A stretch of DNA of 64,000 bases, from assembly GCA_905178155.1 (NCBI GenBank), contig CAJINV010000012.1, positions 2,006,618 to 2,070,617 of the forward strand. The letters run 5' to 3'. The translations under genes and the position numbers were made by a program. Position 1 is the first letter of the stretch; each line of letters starts with the position of its first letter. Below, piece by piece: positions 13,529 through 25,590 of this stretch. A model generated the notes under the pieces. It ran no database searches, had not been told where the DNA came from, and was given only the letters and a program-made list of their open reading frames with translations. This DNA is from Amoebophrya sp. A120. Taxonomy: Eukaryota; Protista; Dinoflagellata.

Positions 13529-16500
13529 TCATTTCGACAAATTAATTCGAAATCCTCGAAACATTTTTGTTTCTTCTATGATTTTCAATAACCGCGCACG
13601 CTGCTCAACCTGTGAAAGCAGCAACACTGCTCCACCGACACCCACAAGCGCTACACAACTACTGTACATGAAAGTTTTTCCTAGCAAGAAACTTGGTTTG
13701 TTGCTCATTGCTGATTCACTATTTCTTTCCACCATTCTCTTCTCTACTGAACCCACTTTGTGAGAAGTGTGTTGCCCTTCCGTAGCCACGTCGTCATCAA
13801 CGCCATCCGCACGGTGACCATGCCCGCCCCAGCTAAGCACTTTATTTCTCGCGTTCAAAAAAAACGAGATCCAGTGCAACGTTGTGTAGGGCAAAAACTC
13901 CCAGAAAACGTAGTCGTAGTCCATGAGAAGAGAAGAAAACTTCGTGATGCGCAGCGTGATCGCCTCTACCGTCGTCGGGGGAAGGAAAAGCAGAAAGTTT
14001 TTCTTGTTCCTCCCGTAATGCTGATCGACGATGTGAAAAAACTGGGACTTCGTTTCCCGCTGCTGTGACACCACTTTCAGCAGCTCCCCGATTATCTCCT
14101 TGCGCGCGGTTCGGTGGGGCTTCTCCACCGTATAGCAATCCCCCCACCGGTACCGGGTTTTCTCGTTCGGGTTGCGGAAGCAGAGGTTGAAGATCCGCTG
14201 GTCGTTCGGGCACTTTGGGTCGAAGTCAAACGGACCGAATATTTCGCTGTTGTACAAGGAATGAAAGAGCGCCGCATGGAAAAAGGCGTTCCCGAGACCG
14301 ACCTTGAAGCTGAACCCCTCCATCGCTGTCCTCCGCAGCTCAAAGGAGCAGGCCCGCTGCGTGCGGAACAGGTGCGGGGCCCAGGCGACGAACTCGGTGG
14401 TGGCGTTTTCCAGCGTCGAAAGCGACTCGCAGCAGTTGAATTCGTCTTCGATCCCGAGGTGGTAGCCGATGAACCGCATGCAGTGGACCATCGCGTCTAG
14501 TTCCTTATCGGTGATCTTCGGCAATTCCGCCTCGAGAAACATGATGATCAGGATGATTCCGGAAAAGGCGAGTAGCACCTGGGACAGGTCAAACTGGGAA
14601 AGAGGCTGAAAATCCGCGGAGAACGGGGGATTTTCAATTTGATCATGTGAAGACGAGGTGGCTGCTGCAGCAGGATCAGCACCTTTTATTCCTACTGTTG
14701 TATGAGAATCCACCCCAACATGCTGGTCCTGCTTCTCCAAACGATCCATCTTCACGACCTTTTTCGCATTCTGCTTCAATCTCGCGATTCTCTTGATTCT
14801 CGCCCGGGCCAAGGCGTGCATGTGTCTCACCGCGTAAATGCTCCGCCGACTGGTCGAGAATTTGTCCTGGAGATCGAACCGGAACCAGTCCACGATGGCC
14901 CAGCCGGTATCATTATCCTGTGCAAAAACATGATCGCACTCGTACTGATTTCAGCGAGACAAGTTTCATTTTCAAACTCAACCCTTTGCTCGCCTCTTAT
15001 GGCCTGCGAGTAACTGTCCGACATATACAGCTAAGTAACTGTCCGACATATACAGCTACATTTTCAAATTCAAGCTAAATCAGCATCACAAATTCCGTTT
15101 GTCATGCTGAGCTAAAAATTTGTGTTGCAATACTAGCTACGAGCACGACATTACTTTTGCAGTTCATAATCCTGGTACCGCTTCAGAGCCGTCTCCGGAG
15201 ACTGGGCGTACCCCGTGTGATACAGAACTTCCGCGAACCGCCCGATGCAGAACCCAACCAGTAACGCCGGGCCGAGGCCGATCGCCCACGCCGCGAGGTG
15301 CTTCAGCCACAGCTGCTGCCCGAGCTTCACTTTCGCGAAGTCCACCCAAGGTGGCTCGGGGAGCTGAGACTCGGAAAGAAAGTCGGGTGGAGGGGAACAA
15401 TTGCTTCCGCCTGCGCCGGCGGGACAGCTTGAAGCAGAAGATGGTGCGTTTTTCATCGTATTTCCCTCTTGATGCTCGCTCGTTGTTCCGGTAGTTGCAT
15501 CTTTATTTTCTCCACTTCGAGTTCGATTCATTCTCGCAAAAATGTGCTCCTCGTGCAACTTGGTCACTGGACTGCCGCGGACGTGCGCCGTTCTCCCTGG
15601 TCCACCCGTTGCTGTGGCGGTGTTGTTCCAAAGATCGGCCCCCGCGTCATTTTCTGCAACTACACGATCCCCAGCTCTTTTCCCTGTATTTACCGAGCTT
15701 CTGTTCTTGCTTCCCCGCCAGTCGTAGGGGATGGTCTTGGGCGAATTCACGGCTGACTTCCGCCCCCCGCCCTGACACGAGCTCGAGTTCTGCGGACTCC
15801 GGGACCCACCGGAACTGCCCGCGCGACTACGGCTGCTGGCTGAGCTGCGTCGCGACTGGATGTGATTACCGTAGTTCGCCTCGTTGCGAAACTGATCGGC
15901 TGGTACGATGACAGGATGTAGAGGTGGATTGTTGATGTCGTTGACAGCAGCAGCTGTTGTGTGGTTGTTTTCGAGGTTGATTCCATTAGTTCCTTGCTCG
16001 ACTACACCAACGTTCGTTTGCAGCTCGTCCCGTATTAGGACCACCTCGCCGCCATGAACATTATTTCTGTCGTGATAATTTGCGAAGTGGTAAGCTGGAG
16101 GGCCTGAAGTGGTGCCACCACCTACGAGTTTGTTCGGAAACTTCGTTTGCGCGGCGTAGCCACCGCCCACCCGTGTTTCTCCGTGCTCTTCGTCGTCCGA
16201 GCTGGTATTCTCGCCCGAAGAACTGTTTCCGTCTGGTATCCCGTGTAAAAACGTTCCCACCCCGTAGCTGTGATACAAATCTGCTTGCTCAAAATGTTTC
16301 TCGTCATGCGGAGCCCCATGCGAGGCATTTCCTAGTCGTTATCAAAGGAGCAAGTGAATCACTTTCAAAAGAATCATAGGGTCGAAAAAAAAAAAATTCG
16401 GAGCGTCCCCAACTTCCGTAGCGCCTGCAGCTTTTTTCCCCGCGCCAGACACAGCTGGTCGGTAGATTGCAGTGGGCGAATGCTTGAGAAGGCTACGACC

Positions 16501-18076
16501 AAAAGCCCCAGGCGTCGCATTTTGGTAAGGAGAAGGCTGCGAGATGTAGTGCGCAGAAGATGCCATAGAAGATACCCCAAGACCAGCCCCAAAGCATCAT
16601 ACCGTGGTGCATAATGCTACCCCGCATGGTGCTACTGGCGCACTATTCTTACTTTTGCCCTACTCTACTGTTACCAAGTGGCAGAAGTGGAACAGTGGAG
16701 GTGTAATCACTTGAGATGAGCAGCCTGTTTCAGACGAAAAAAAGCCAAACCCACTTGATATCTGCTAGGGTGATTTGACGCGAAAAAGACGTGTTTCGGG
16801 CATCAATTTGATGCCAAAAATCGCGGCTTTTTGCAGGGGTGATTCAAGCAGATTCGAAGCGGGAGGAGTCAAATGAATCATAGGGCTAATTGATAGCTAC
16901 AAAACGCAAGGTGATTACACCTCTTTTTTTGCTTCGAAAAAGATGAATTTTTGGCAAAAGTTGAGCTTTTTTCAGAAAATCCGACACCCTCGGGACGCTA
17001 CGCCCGACGGTATGGAGGTGTAATCACTTCATTTTTATGGTGTCGCTTTTCCTATCTTTAGCAATGGGCTTGTGCTTGGTATTTTGGGTTGCGAATGCTT
17101 CCCCCGAGTTGTTTGCAAGCTATTCAGGCGCGATGGCCCCAGCGTCCACTCATGGCCATTGCGTTCGTCCCCCGTAGCCACCAACCAAATAGCGCAAACC
17201 TTATCGAGAAAGGCGCGACCTTCCTGAGGAGCGTCGCTGTGTCTCAGGTTATTTGGTTGTATATATTGGGCGCTTCCTTATGCGTGCGAGCCGGGCCATG
17301 CACTGCGGTACTTGGAAAGTTTTTTTTTTCCGTATGGTGATTCATTTGTAAGGTGATTCATTTACCCCTGTGATAGTCGTGTTTTGAAATTTGTAATGCT
17401 CCATCAATCAGCACGATAGGCTACATTTGTGATGCTGCTGAACGAGCAAAACCGGACAACTACCCCACGAGGCCAAGCTTGTCATGCGCAACATCAGCCT
17501 AAGCTTGTTGATTTGTCTAGCAGATTTCCCTTCTTGACTATGGGGATGGGCGGGGACCTTTTTCCTCAGGATATCTGGGGACAGGATTTTTGTTCGCGTG
17601 TACGGCTCGTAGCTGCTTGTCCGCGACGCCGCGGCGGTCATCGCGATCTGTTGGTCTTCCCGCTGTGACAACTCGTCATGAGGATTTATTTGTTCGTTCT
17701 CGACGTTATTTTCCTCGGGTAAGGAATTCAAAGTGGATCTCCGGTCAAAAATATTCTGGTCCTCCACACGACAACTAGACGGCCGTCGTAGACTCTCCGC
17801 GATCCGGCCGGGTGTGATGCAGCAAGCGCTCGAACGGCGGGACAGAACTTCGAGCCCACAGTCGTCCAGCAGAGCGTCGCCCCGTTCCAGCCCGTTTTTT
17901 TCCACCATCCTTGCCCAAACGCCCGTTGGGTCGTAGGGCGCGACCTGGGAAAGCGACTGTCGTTGGTCCCATTCGTGTTTCCGGCGTCTGACGTTTTCCT
18001 CGTAATTCTTCCGCGCCGCAATAAAGGCGTGCTTATTCAAAAGCAGGGACGAGGAGGAGGGGGAGGTAGTGGACAT
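13529..18076 (-). CDS. ER-bound oxygenase MpaB/DUF2236 (rubber oxygenase-like) domain protein with C-terminal TM segment
   Basis: Three ORFs join (ILSPD|GNSS; KRY.D|TGWAIVDW); motifs VKLGQQLW, VLYHTG, AVRHMHALAR, PLSQFDL, MRFIGYHLGI resemble the family; hydrophobic C-terminal stretch. Confidence 0.75.
14914..15168. mobile_element. IE family A, expanded by an internal 25-bp tandem duplication (15009-15058)
   Basis: TATCCTGTGCAAAA...TTTTGCAGTTCATA; flanks ATCAT/ATCCT; AGTAACTGTCCGACATATACAGCTA x2. Confidence 0.85.
16237..17573. mobile_element. IE family H carrying a nested 1-kb element
   Basis: TATCCCGTGTAAAAACG...TTTTTCCTCAGGATA; DR TCTGG; removal joins the flanking ORFs in frame. Confidence 0.85.
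16340..17375. mobile_element. Nested 1036-bp non-autonomous TIR element
   Basis: TIR TATCAAAGGAGCAAGTGAATCACTTT / TATCACAGGGGTAAATGAATCACCTT; DR GTCGT. Confidence 0.85.
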
Positions 18077-18649
18077 ATGTTTAGATGTAGATTTACTGAT
18101 TAAAACAGAACAGAACTGCGTGAAAAAGAGACCTACTTCTCCATTTTTCAGATCACGACAGCAAGTTTCAGTTTTGCTGCAAAGAGTAGACGGGCAACGG
18201 TCATGATTGGGCAGGCAGCAGAGGATTCGTCCTAGACAAAGCACAAGAGAATAGCTTTGTCGACTTTCAACTTCAAGCGGAAAATTCAATCTCAAGTCAG
18301 TAAGTTTTAAATACATGTTCTGCTCCTCGAAAGCGAAACAACCAAGAAGATCTAGATCTTATCGTCACCCCATTACTTCTTCTTTATTCAGGTCCGTTTT
18401 CACCACCTTCCACCGAAATGACACAGATACACGAACAAGAACACCATGGCAGAAGCCAAACCAGAAAAATCCAGGCTGCATGGAATACCTTCTACTGACG
18501 AAACAGTCCACGTACGTCGTCCCGCAGGCCTTTAACTCTTTAACTCTTCTTGCAGCGAAAAATAAGTAGGCTGGATATGACGACCAGCCTCGTTGTAACG
18601 TAGGTTCGAAACACAAATAGAGCTTTGGGGATGAAGTACTTAGTTATCC

Positions 18650-21600
18650 TTAATATCCGTCATAATGCAGACTCCGATACAGGAACCCGCGCACGTGCGC
18701 GTTCCTTGCGGTGTGAAGCAAGATCGGAAAATCCGGTGGGTTCGAAAATGTTTCTTCCACCACTAATCCCTTGTACTCGATCAGGTTTCGCAAAATCGAA
18801 TCACTGACACGATCGCGGACCAGGATGAGGACGTACTTGTACTTGCGGATAATGTTTTTCTCCACCTCCTGCGATTTCTCATGCATGTGCCCACGAAGTG
18901 GAAGTGAACCTTGTTTCTCCACCTTCTCGTTGTCAACATCATCATCATCTTCATGCGCACTAGTAGTTTTCCACCGCCCAACGTCGGCGCTTTCCAACAT
19001 CGTCTTGATTTTCATGCGCAGGATGTCGATCGCCTTTGGCAAAGCCGTCGGACACACCTGGGGGAGATTCAGGATGAGGAGCGGAGCGGGTGCTGTAGAT
19101 TTTGTGGTTGTTCGTGCGTGTGCCCCCCAGGTCGAGATTGGGGATGAGGAAGAGCTGCGCTCTTGTTCTCGTACTGCAGCCTTCTGCATCGCGTAGATCC
19201 GTCGCGGACCTTGTCTGGTGTTTTTCCGAGAATTTATTCTCTCGTCAGCACCTCCTCCTCCTCCCACTGTAGCAGAAAACGTTCTCTCATCCAATCGCGC
19301 CTCCAAATGCTGATGCAGTCTCTCGGTGACAGCGCGGTGCAGACGGGCTTCATCTGGGACTGGCTCAAGATGGTCTTCGTCTTGTTGGTTCTTCTCTTCT
19401 TGAGAATCTGTGTTGCGGCACTGTGTTGTACCATCAGATGACCCCGTGCTGCTCGCATTTCGACCCGGCTCTCGCTCATCTTCCTCCACGCTTTGGATTT
19501 GGTGCCGGTCCACGTTCTGAAGCGGGTCGTCGCGCCCCCGCTCAAGAGTACAACTACCTTTTTGTTTACGACCACTTGGGATATGATCGCCGCCAACAGC
19601 AGCAGCTACATCTTCAGCGGTTCTTCTTGCTGTGGCCCCTTTCTGTTTTTCCAACATTGCATCGCTCACAAATGACCCAGCTGCTCCACTCCCATACAGA
19701 TCGATGTGGGAAATCAGGTCTTGTTTCAAATATCTTTCGTTTAACGCTGTCCTCACGTCCCGCAACGAGTAGTCCCAGTCCAGAATGGAAAAGTTTTTAT
19801 CTCTGAAACTCGTGGAAAACGTACCGGATTCTTCTGTGAGAACGATACAAGATGACGCAGATGTCCTCGACAAAGGTGGCGATGCTGTGCTGGTATCGTT
19901 CTGCTCCTCCTCCGCCAACTTGCAACTGCTAGCGCTAACATTTTCATCAACTTGCAGTCGTAAAACCGAATCAACCAGTTCCTGGTACTCCGCTTTTGAT
20001 TTGTGCAGATTCTGGGCTAAGCTTGAAATCGGCTGCAGCGTGTCCGCGTCGAGGACGAGAAGGTCTTCATCGGCGCCGTAAGCTGTGGAGGACCCCGAAG
20101 TGGAAGTTGTGGACGAGGCTTCAATTTGTGCAGATGTAGTTGGTCTGCTGCTTGTGCTTCGGCTTGTTCCCACCACTTGCATGTTCTGGAGCCGTCGCGA
20201 AGGGTCTTCGCGGCGAATGACGAAATACTTCAGAGAGTTGCTGTCATTTGTCATGCGGGAATTATTCATATTCAGCTGATCAACATTCTCCTGCGAGAGG
20301 ACTTTGGAAATCGCTCTCAAAATGAAGTTGTTTTGCATGTTCACCGTTTTCAGCACTTCCTTCTTCATCGCCGCGGTCTTCGCCCGGTTCTTCATCTCCC
20401 GATGTGCTTTTTCGAGTTCTGGATCGCCGTAGCCGGGTGGTGGATCACGCTGAGAAGATGAAGATGTACTCTTCCCGGCGGTTTCCATCATGATCCGCAT
20501 GGCCTCAGACATTTTCAGATAGTATTCGTCTTCCGCGCTGAAGGTAGTTGCGCCAGCGGATGACGAGGTAGAAGTCTGCTGGTCGCCCAGGCTGTTCTCT
20601 AGCTGCCGTTGCCCAAGCTGCTCGGGTCCGGGTAACGTGAAGGAAACGACGCAAACAGGCCCGAAAACGTCCGCAAATACCCCTGGCAAGCCGTCCGCTT
20701 CGCCATGTAGCAGGCGGAAGAACTTTTGTTTTCTTGTTTGTTCGGCAAGATAATTTCTTGAAGACAACTGCGCGGTTGAAACACGATCAGACGACGTCGC
20801 AACTGTATGATCTGAATTCTCCAACATGGTCCACCTGACGCATGATGACGCTACCGCCTTCTCCCGGTGCTTCAAAGCGCGGAGGACTCTGCCCTGGTAC
20901 CAGGAATCCGAATGTTCGACATCGATGTTGATGTTCTGGGTCAGCATGTGCCCAAAGACCTGCAGGACGGACTTCTGGTCCGGGTTGACAAACGCGATCC
21001 CGAGGGGCCGGTTGCCGGCAGAAGAGTACACATTCGCGATTTTGTTGTTGAAGTACTTGGAGTTGGTGATGTTGTTCAGCCGATGGGGGTCGAGGTGGAT
21101 AGAAGAAGAGCTAGTTGTTGAGCCGGAACCGAAAACATCGTCTTGCCCAACTACGTTTTCGTGCACCAATTTCCCCCGTACCTCCCCCACATTCGCTACG
21201 TCTCGTGTGTAGATCCAGGGAAAGCCTTGTGGAATGAAAAATCGCCAACATTGCCGTGAGTTTGTAATGCGCATGCGCATGGCGTTCAGGTAAACGAAAG
21301 GTAAAACATAAAGAAGAGCGCACTGGAGAAGTGCGTGTAAGTATTCCAGAATTTCGCTGTACGCATTACAAAGAAACATCCTACAAATAGGTAATTTTAC
21401 ATCCCATACCCCCCGCCGTATTCTCCTCACCGCTTCTTCCGCGTCAAATTTCAAGCGGATAGACAGACGAGTCGCTGGGGAAGTAGAGGTTGGGGCTGGC
21501 CGCGAAAAACGGGCATGAAAGTCATCGTCGACCGCACGGAGAGCACGACGTGAAGATGTTGATGCGGAAGTTCTGCCCGTTTTCCTACCAGCCGTGTAGT

Positions 21601-21835
21601 TTGGCTTTTCGATATGATTTTGCGAAGATCTTGTGGAAGCAAAAATTTTCTTGCTTCTTTCGACCAATTTTGCTCGAAGCTTCTCCTGTTGATTCGCTCC
21701 CCCATGATGATGAAACGATGTTCTGCTGCTGCCTACTGCGCCGGTCGATGTTTTGGCCGTGGTGCTTTGCGCGACAGACGATGACGCTGCACGACCAACA
21801 GCTGCAACTGCAACTCCTCCACCTGCTGCGGACAT
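18650..21835 (-). CDS. RlmI/RlmK-like PUA plus SAM-methyltransferase-like protein with low-complexity insertions
   Basis: RRG|FPWIY PUA start; FRLLHGEADGLPGVFADVFG signature; degenerate C-terminal motifs (HIDLYGSG, LLILNLP). Confidence 0.65.
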   Translation of the reverse strand: MSAAGGGVAVAAVGRAASSSVAQSTTAKTSTGAVGSSRTSFHHHGGANQQEKLRAKLVERSKKIFASTRSSQNHIEKPNYTAGRKTGRTSASTSSRRALRAVDDDFHARFSRPAPTSTSPATRLSIRLKFDAEEAVRRIRRGVWDVKLPICRMFLCNAYSEILEYLHALLQCALLYVLPFVYLNAMRMRITNSRQCWRFFIPQGFPWIYTRDVANVGEVRGKLVHENVVGQDDVFGSGSTTSSSSIHLDPHRLNNITNSKYFNNKIANVYSSAGNRPLGIAFVNPDQKSVLQVFGHMLTQNINIDVEHSDSWYQGRVLRALKHREKAVASSCVRWTMLENSDHTVATSSDRVSTAQLSSRNYLAEQTRKQKFFRLLHGEADGLPGVFADVFGPVCVVSFTLPGPEQLGQRQLENSLGDQQTSTSSSAGATTFSAEDEYYLKMSEAMRIMMETAGKSTSSSSQRDPPPGYGDPELEKAHREMKNRAKTAAMKKEVLKTVNMQNNFILRAISKVLSQENVDQLNMNNSRMTNDSNSLKYFVIRREDPSRRLQNMQVVGTSRSTSSRPTTSAQIEASSTTSTSGSSTAYGADEDLLVLDADTLQPISSLAQNLHKSKAEYQELVDSVLRLQVDENVSASSCKLAEEEQNDTSTASPPLSRTSASSCIVLTEESGTFSTSFRDKNFSILDWDYSLRDVRTALNERYLKQDLISHIDLYGSGAAGSFVSDAMLEKQKGATARRTAEDVAAAVGGDHIPSGRKQKGSCTLERGRDDPLQNVDRHQIQSVEEDEREPGRNASSTGSSDGTTQCRNTDSQEEKNQQDEDHLEPVPDEARLHRAVTERLHQHLEARLDERTFSATVGGGGGADERINSRKNTRQGPRRIYAMQKAAVREQERSSSSSPISTWGAHARTTTKSTAPAPLLILNLPQVCPTALPKAIDILRMKIKTMLESADVGRWKTTSAHEDDDDVDNEKVEKQGSLPLRGHMHEKSQEVEKNIIRKYKYVLILVRDRVSDSILRNLIEYKGLVVEETFSNPPDFPILLHTARNAHVRGFLYRSLHYDGY
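21228..21408. mobile_element. Cryptic degenerate IE inside the RlmI-like ORF
   Basis: Minus-strand end TATGGGATGTAAAA, plus-strand end TGTGGAATGAAAAA, internal GCATTACAAA motifs; IE+5 = 186 nt and stop-free. Confidence 0.65.
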
Positions 21836-22900
21836 TCTGTTTTGTACCTAAATTTGGTTTTCGTTTTGGTGTGTGCCCAACTAGTACACAGGAGATGCTT
21901 AATATAGTCAGGAAGAAGGACAACGAGAACAACTACGACGACAACATTGACGCTATTTCTAGCATAATATCACATTGCGCGAAAACTCGATAATTGCTGT
22001 GCAACGCTGCAACCTATAATATTTTTTTTTTTGGATCCTTTCTTGTGAAAATGTACCGACTTGAACTTGCTTAGGGGACGAAGGGCAGACAATATTTGTT
22101 CCCCGAAATACACAGATCTAGATCTACACGAAACGGATCTTTGCGAGGACGCGCGGTGATTCGATCGAACTTCGAGACTCGTGGTTGACGACGACGCGAT
22201 GTTGCCGTTGTCCAAGGTCACGGAAAGTATCATCAAGCAGTTCCAAAATAAAAAAAGCACAACCATTGACAAGATAGACGGTAGCTTGACAGGATCAGCC
22301 AGTTGGTGTCAATGCGCTGTCGTGTCAGCTCAACGCGTGTCGCCACGAGGTGTACTTCTCTGTCCTATATTCTTTTAAGAAGATGTAGCGGCATGCCACC
22401 CATGGCTCTGGAAGATGAACAACGAAATGGAGAGGAAAAGTCAAGGGCTTTATACTCATGTTTCCCGGCTGCTTGTTACTCCTTCGTGCCTGGTGTTTTT
22501 CATTGCCGATCTGTATCTATTGCTTGCACGCACCATACATTTAAGAAGTAGCGGCTCACTCGATTTATTATCTCCTTTTTATGAACAACAAAAAGAACCA
22601 ATACCAGAGCATATGAAAGACGAAAAACATACAAATCATTTCATATGAATCTTTTGAGGATCGACTTCTCAGCGAAACCTTTCGCGAAAAAATATATATA
22701 ATGCAAGTCGCAGACGCTTTACCTTTACGTACGAGCAAAGAAAAGAAAATAAAATAAATAAACCGTGCACAAAAAGGCATAGATATACTTTACTAGCAGA
22801 CCGAAAAATCAATCGCATGCCTTCTTCTTCTAAATTCGAAGAAATGCTTTCACTCTTCGCGCATTGTTGTTCAATGTGGTAGCGCAGGGAGCTACGTGCC

Positions 22901-23305
22901 CTAGACGCTCCGGTCGCTGGGGCTAGGTGAATGACTGGCCAGCGAAGTGGGTGGGGTTGAAGGAGTCATCGTGGAATCAGAGTGGCTGTGTGCACTTGCA
23001 AGTACTCGTGGAATCAGAGTGGCTCTTGCAAGGTGAATGTCATGACTGGCCACGCGCTCGTGGTAGGTAATAGGTAGCAGGCTTTCGACACTCACAACTA
23101 GGGAGCTTAGCATGTTTTCGATCCTCTCGCTTGATTGCACAAGCTTGTCGCTTCGCGACCTCAACTCACTCCCGATGGTCCTGACTTCGTTGAGGACCTC
23201 GGCGATCTCGGGAGCGCTTTTGGAGATGAAGGACTCGGGCGGCGATCTGTGGAAGCACGTGTGGATATGGCGAGTAGAATATACGCAGCTAACATACCTC
23301 AGCAT
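22901..23305 (-). CDS. Hypothetical protein, probable terminal exon
   Basis: Amphipathic ORF (APEIAEVLNEVRTIGSELRSRSDKL...); upstream exons unresolved. Confidence 0.3.
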   Translation of the reverse strand: MLRYVSCVYSTRHIHTCFHRSPPESFISKSAPEIAEVLNEVRTIGSELRSRSDKLVQSSERIENMLSSLVVSVESLLPITYHERVASHDIHLARATLIPRVLASAHSHSDSTMTPSTPPTSLASHSPSPSDRSV

Positions 23306-24156
23306 CGGGACCGGTTTAGTGCGAGCGCGTCGTGAGAATACAATAAATACTCACGCGCCCCCTGGGTGGCCGTTCTACTTCTTTTGCGTGTCTTTATAAA
23401 GAAAAACAAACAAAACTTCAAAAAAAACACAAATAGCACGACTATGCGCGGGAAATCGCAATCAACACAAATTAAGAGCATTTGTATCTGATACCCCGTG
23501 CTGGTCGTGGGATGGGGGAGGCCGTCGACTGTTGGATACGATGTCGGCTGAGCCGGAATTCTTTGCAGCAGGGTGGAAGCCGCATCTCCGGCTGCTTCAT
23601 CTTTCCCTTCGTTCTCGCGAAGCAGTGTGCCGTTGTGAGAGTATACCACGCAAACGCGTCATGGTCAAGCGAAAAAATATCAATATCATCAGTTGTCTGC
23701 CGTGACAATTATAGTTGATGAAGCATGACAGAGCATCATCGAACATGCACGCGGGCTGCAGAAAGCACAAGCAGACGTCTTTGTATTATTTTGCTAGCAA
23801 TCTGACACGACCAGCCAACACCAACAACATTTGCCATATTATGGCGCCGCAAAACAATCCTGGTGCTCACAAATGATCATGGCACGTCCTGGCCGCCAAG
23901 GGGAGCCCTGACACCACCAGTCTGGCCTGTTGCTCGTGCTCGTTCCAGAGAGCGCATGTTGCTGGTGCTCACAGATTTACACTATCAAGGATGCACCAGT
24001 CGAAAAACTCCAAGTTTCCTGACCATCCGCCGTTTGCAGTGGATAAAGGGGAGGCATGCTGAGCAATATCGTCGTCGTGTGCGTCATCCTTGCGGCGCTG
24101 CTTGGATCTGTTGTAAATCAGCTTGGGCTTTTACTTTTTATTTCATCTTCAGGTTA

Positions 24157-24457
24157 TATTAAGCAAAACATTTGCGCGGCCCTTGTTGGCCCCTTCGAGA
24201 AGTCGCTCCGGGACCTCCCGAAGGCCCCCCGATGGCCCCGCGATGGCCCCCCCGAAGGAGCCAAGCAAGGATAGGCGAAAAATGACGGGGCAAGATAAAA
24301 AAAAGAATGCGACGTGTTTGCGAACGCCCAACACCCCCCGGAGGCCCTCTGGAGGGGTCATTTGGAACCCCCAAGGCAACCTCTTCAAAGCCAAAAGGAA
24401 AAGTCAATGTGGTCAACGTCAAGCTCAAGGTCAAGTCATGATTAGCTGTGGTTAATA
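24157..24457. mobile_element. Off-family GC-rich TAT...ATA element
   Basis: TATTAAGCAAAAC / TATTAACCACAGC imperfect TIR; flanks GGTTA/AATTA. Confidence 0.45.
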
Positions 24458-24459
24458 AA

Positions 24460-24648
24460 TTACTTGGACGACCCACGGCGCATTTCGGCAAGCTGGACTT
24501 CAACGTCTTGCAGGCGTTTGTTTAGCTTTTCAAAACCTTCGGCGATTTGCATCTGCAGAAGGGTGGAAACGGACTCTCCACCGACGTCCTCCAATATCGC
24601 AAGAAAAAGCTGTGTCGCTGTTTGCCTGTGATGCAGAGAATGCACCAA
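24460..24648 (-). CDS. Hypothetical short coiled-coil exon
   Basis: QIAEGFEKLNKRLQDVEVQLAEMR. Confidence 0.3.
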   Translation of the reverse strand: MVHSLHHRQTATQLFLAILEDVGGESVSTLLQMQIAEGFEKLNKRLQDVEVQLAEMRRGSSK

Positions 24649-25254
24649 CGTTCACGTTCGTAGTGTTGATGTTGCTAAGAAAGTAGAAACAAGACGAAGC
24701 GTGGAGCTTTTCAACTGTGTTCTCCACCCTTGGAAAGCATGCACTGCAGATTTTCTTGTTTGTTATGTAGTGTAGCTAATTTATGATGCAGACTCAGCAA
24801 AATCATCACAGTGAGACAACTTTTTCGTATGATACCCGACCCAGTACTGCCAGCATCACTTTTTTGCGAATTGCCTTCCTTCGCTTTTTTTCTACTCCTA
24901 TGCATTGCAAATCGAAGAACCTCATCAACATTGTCACGATCTTCCTTCCTGTGGGCCTGCCGATGTCCAGCATCCTATTAGAACAGGCATTCGCTTGGGA
25001 TATGCATGATTGAGCTCTAGAGAAGATCCATGTAAACCGCTACCGCACACAGACGAAATAGACCATTATTTGTGGTTTTTTTGCAAATCGTACTATTGGA
25101 GGCCACGAGTTGCAATCCGAAAGAAGAGCGAAGAATCTGAATCGTTCGCAACTTGTTGCTCAGTAAAGTATGAGTCATTGTGAATAGAAAGCGTTTCGCA
25201 TTTCGAAAGCTTGCACGTGTTGCAGCCCAAGCAGGAGACAGCATGAGAATCGTG

Positions 25255-25590
25255 TCAATTTGTTGTTCTTGATTTGCATTTTTGGTAGCTGGTCCTGCGA
25301 CTCGAGGACGAGCGGCCTTTTTTGCGTCCTCCAGTCTTGCGCGCGGACGACCTGGATCGCTCCTCCTCGTCCTCGTCCTCGCCGGGCCAAGCCGGCCCGT
25401 TGATCAAACCGACTTCCGGCAGCTTCGCCCGCTGAGAAGCCGCCACGGCTTCCCGGTCTGGCACCTTATCCTCTTTGCCATTCAAGAACGCATACTTGTC
25501 CTCGGTCGGAGTCGCCTCCACCAGCACGGGCGTTGCGAGAAGGCAGGAGGTGGCCCCGGCCACCCTCACAAAAGATTTGGTGCGAGTCAT
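25255..25590 (-). CDS. Small protein with a possible signal peptide and a basic tail
   Basis: 111-aa ORF, hydrophobic N-terminus ending VEA; GC-richer than its flanks. Confidence 0.4.
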   Translation of the reverse strand: MTRTKSFVRVAGATSCLLATPVLVEATPTEDKYAFLNGKEDKVPDREAVAASQRAKLPEVGLINGPAWPGEDEDEEERSRSSARKTGGRKKGRSSSSRRTSYQKCKSRTTN

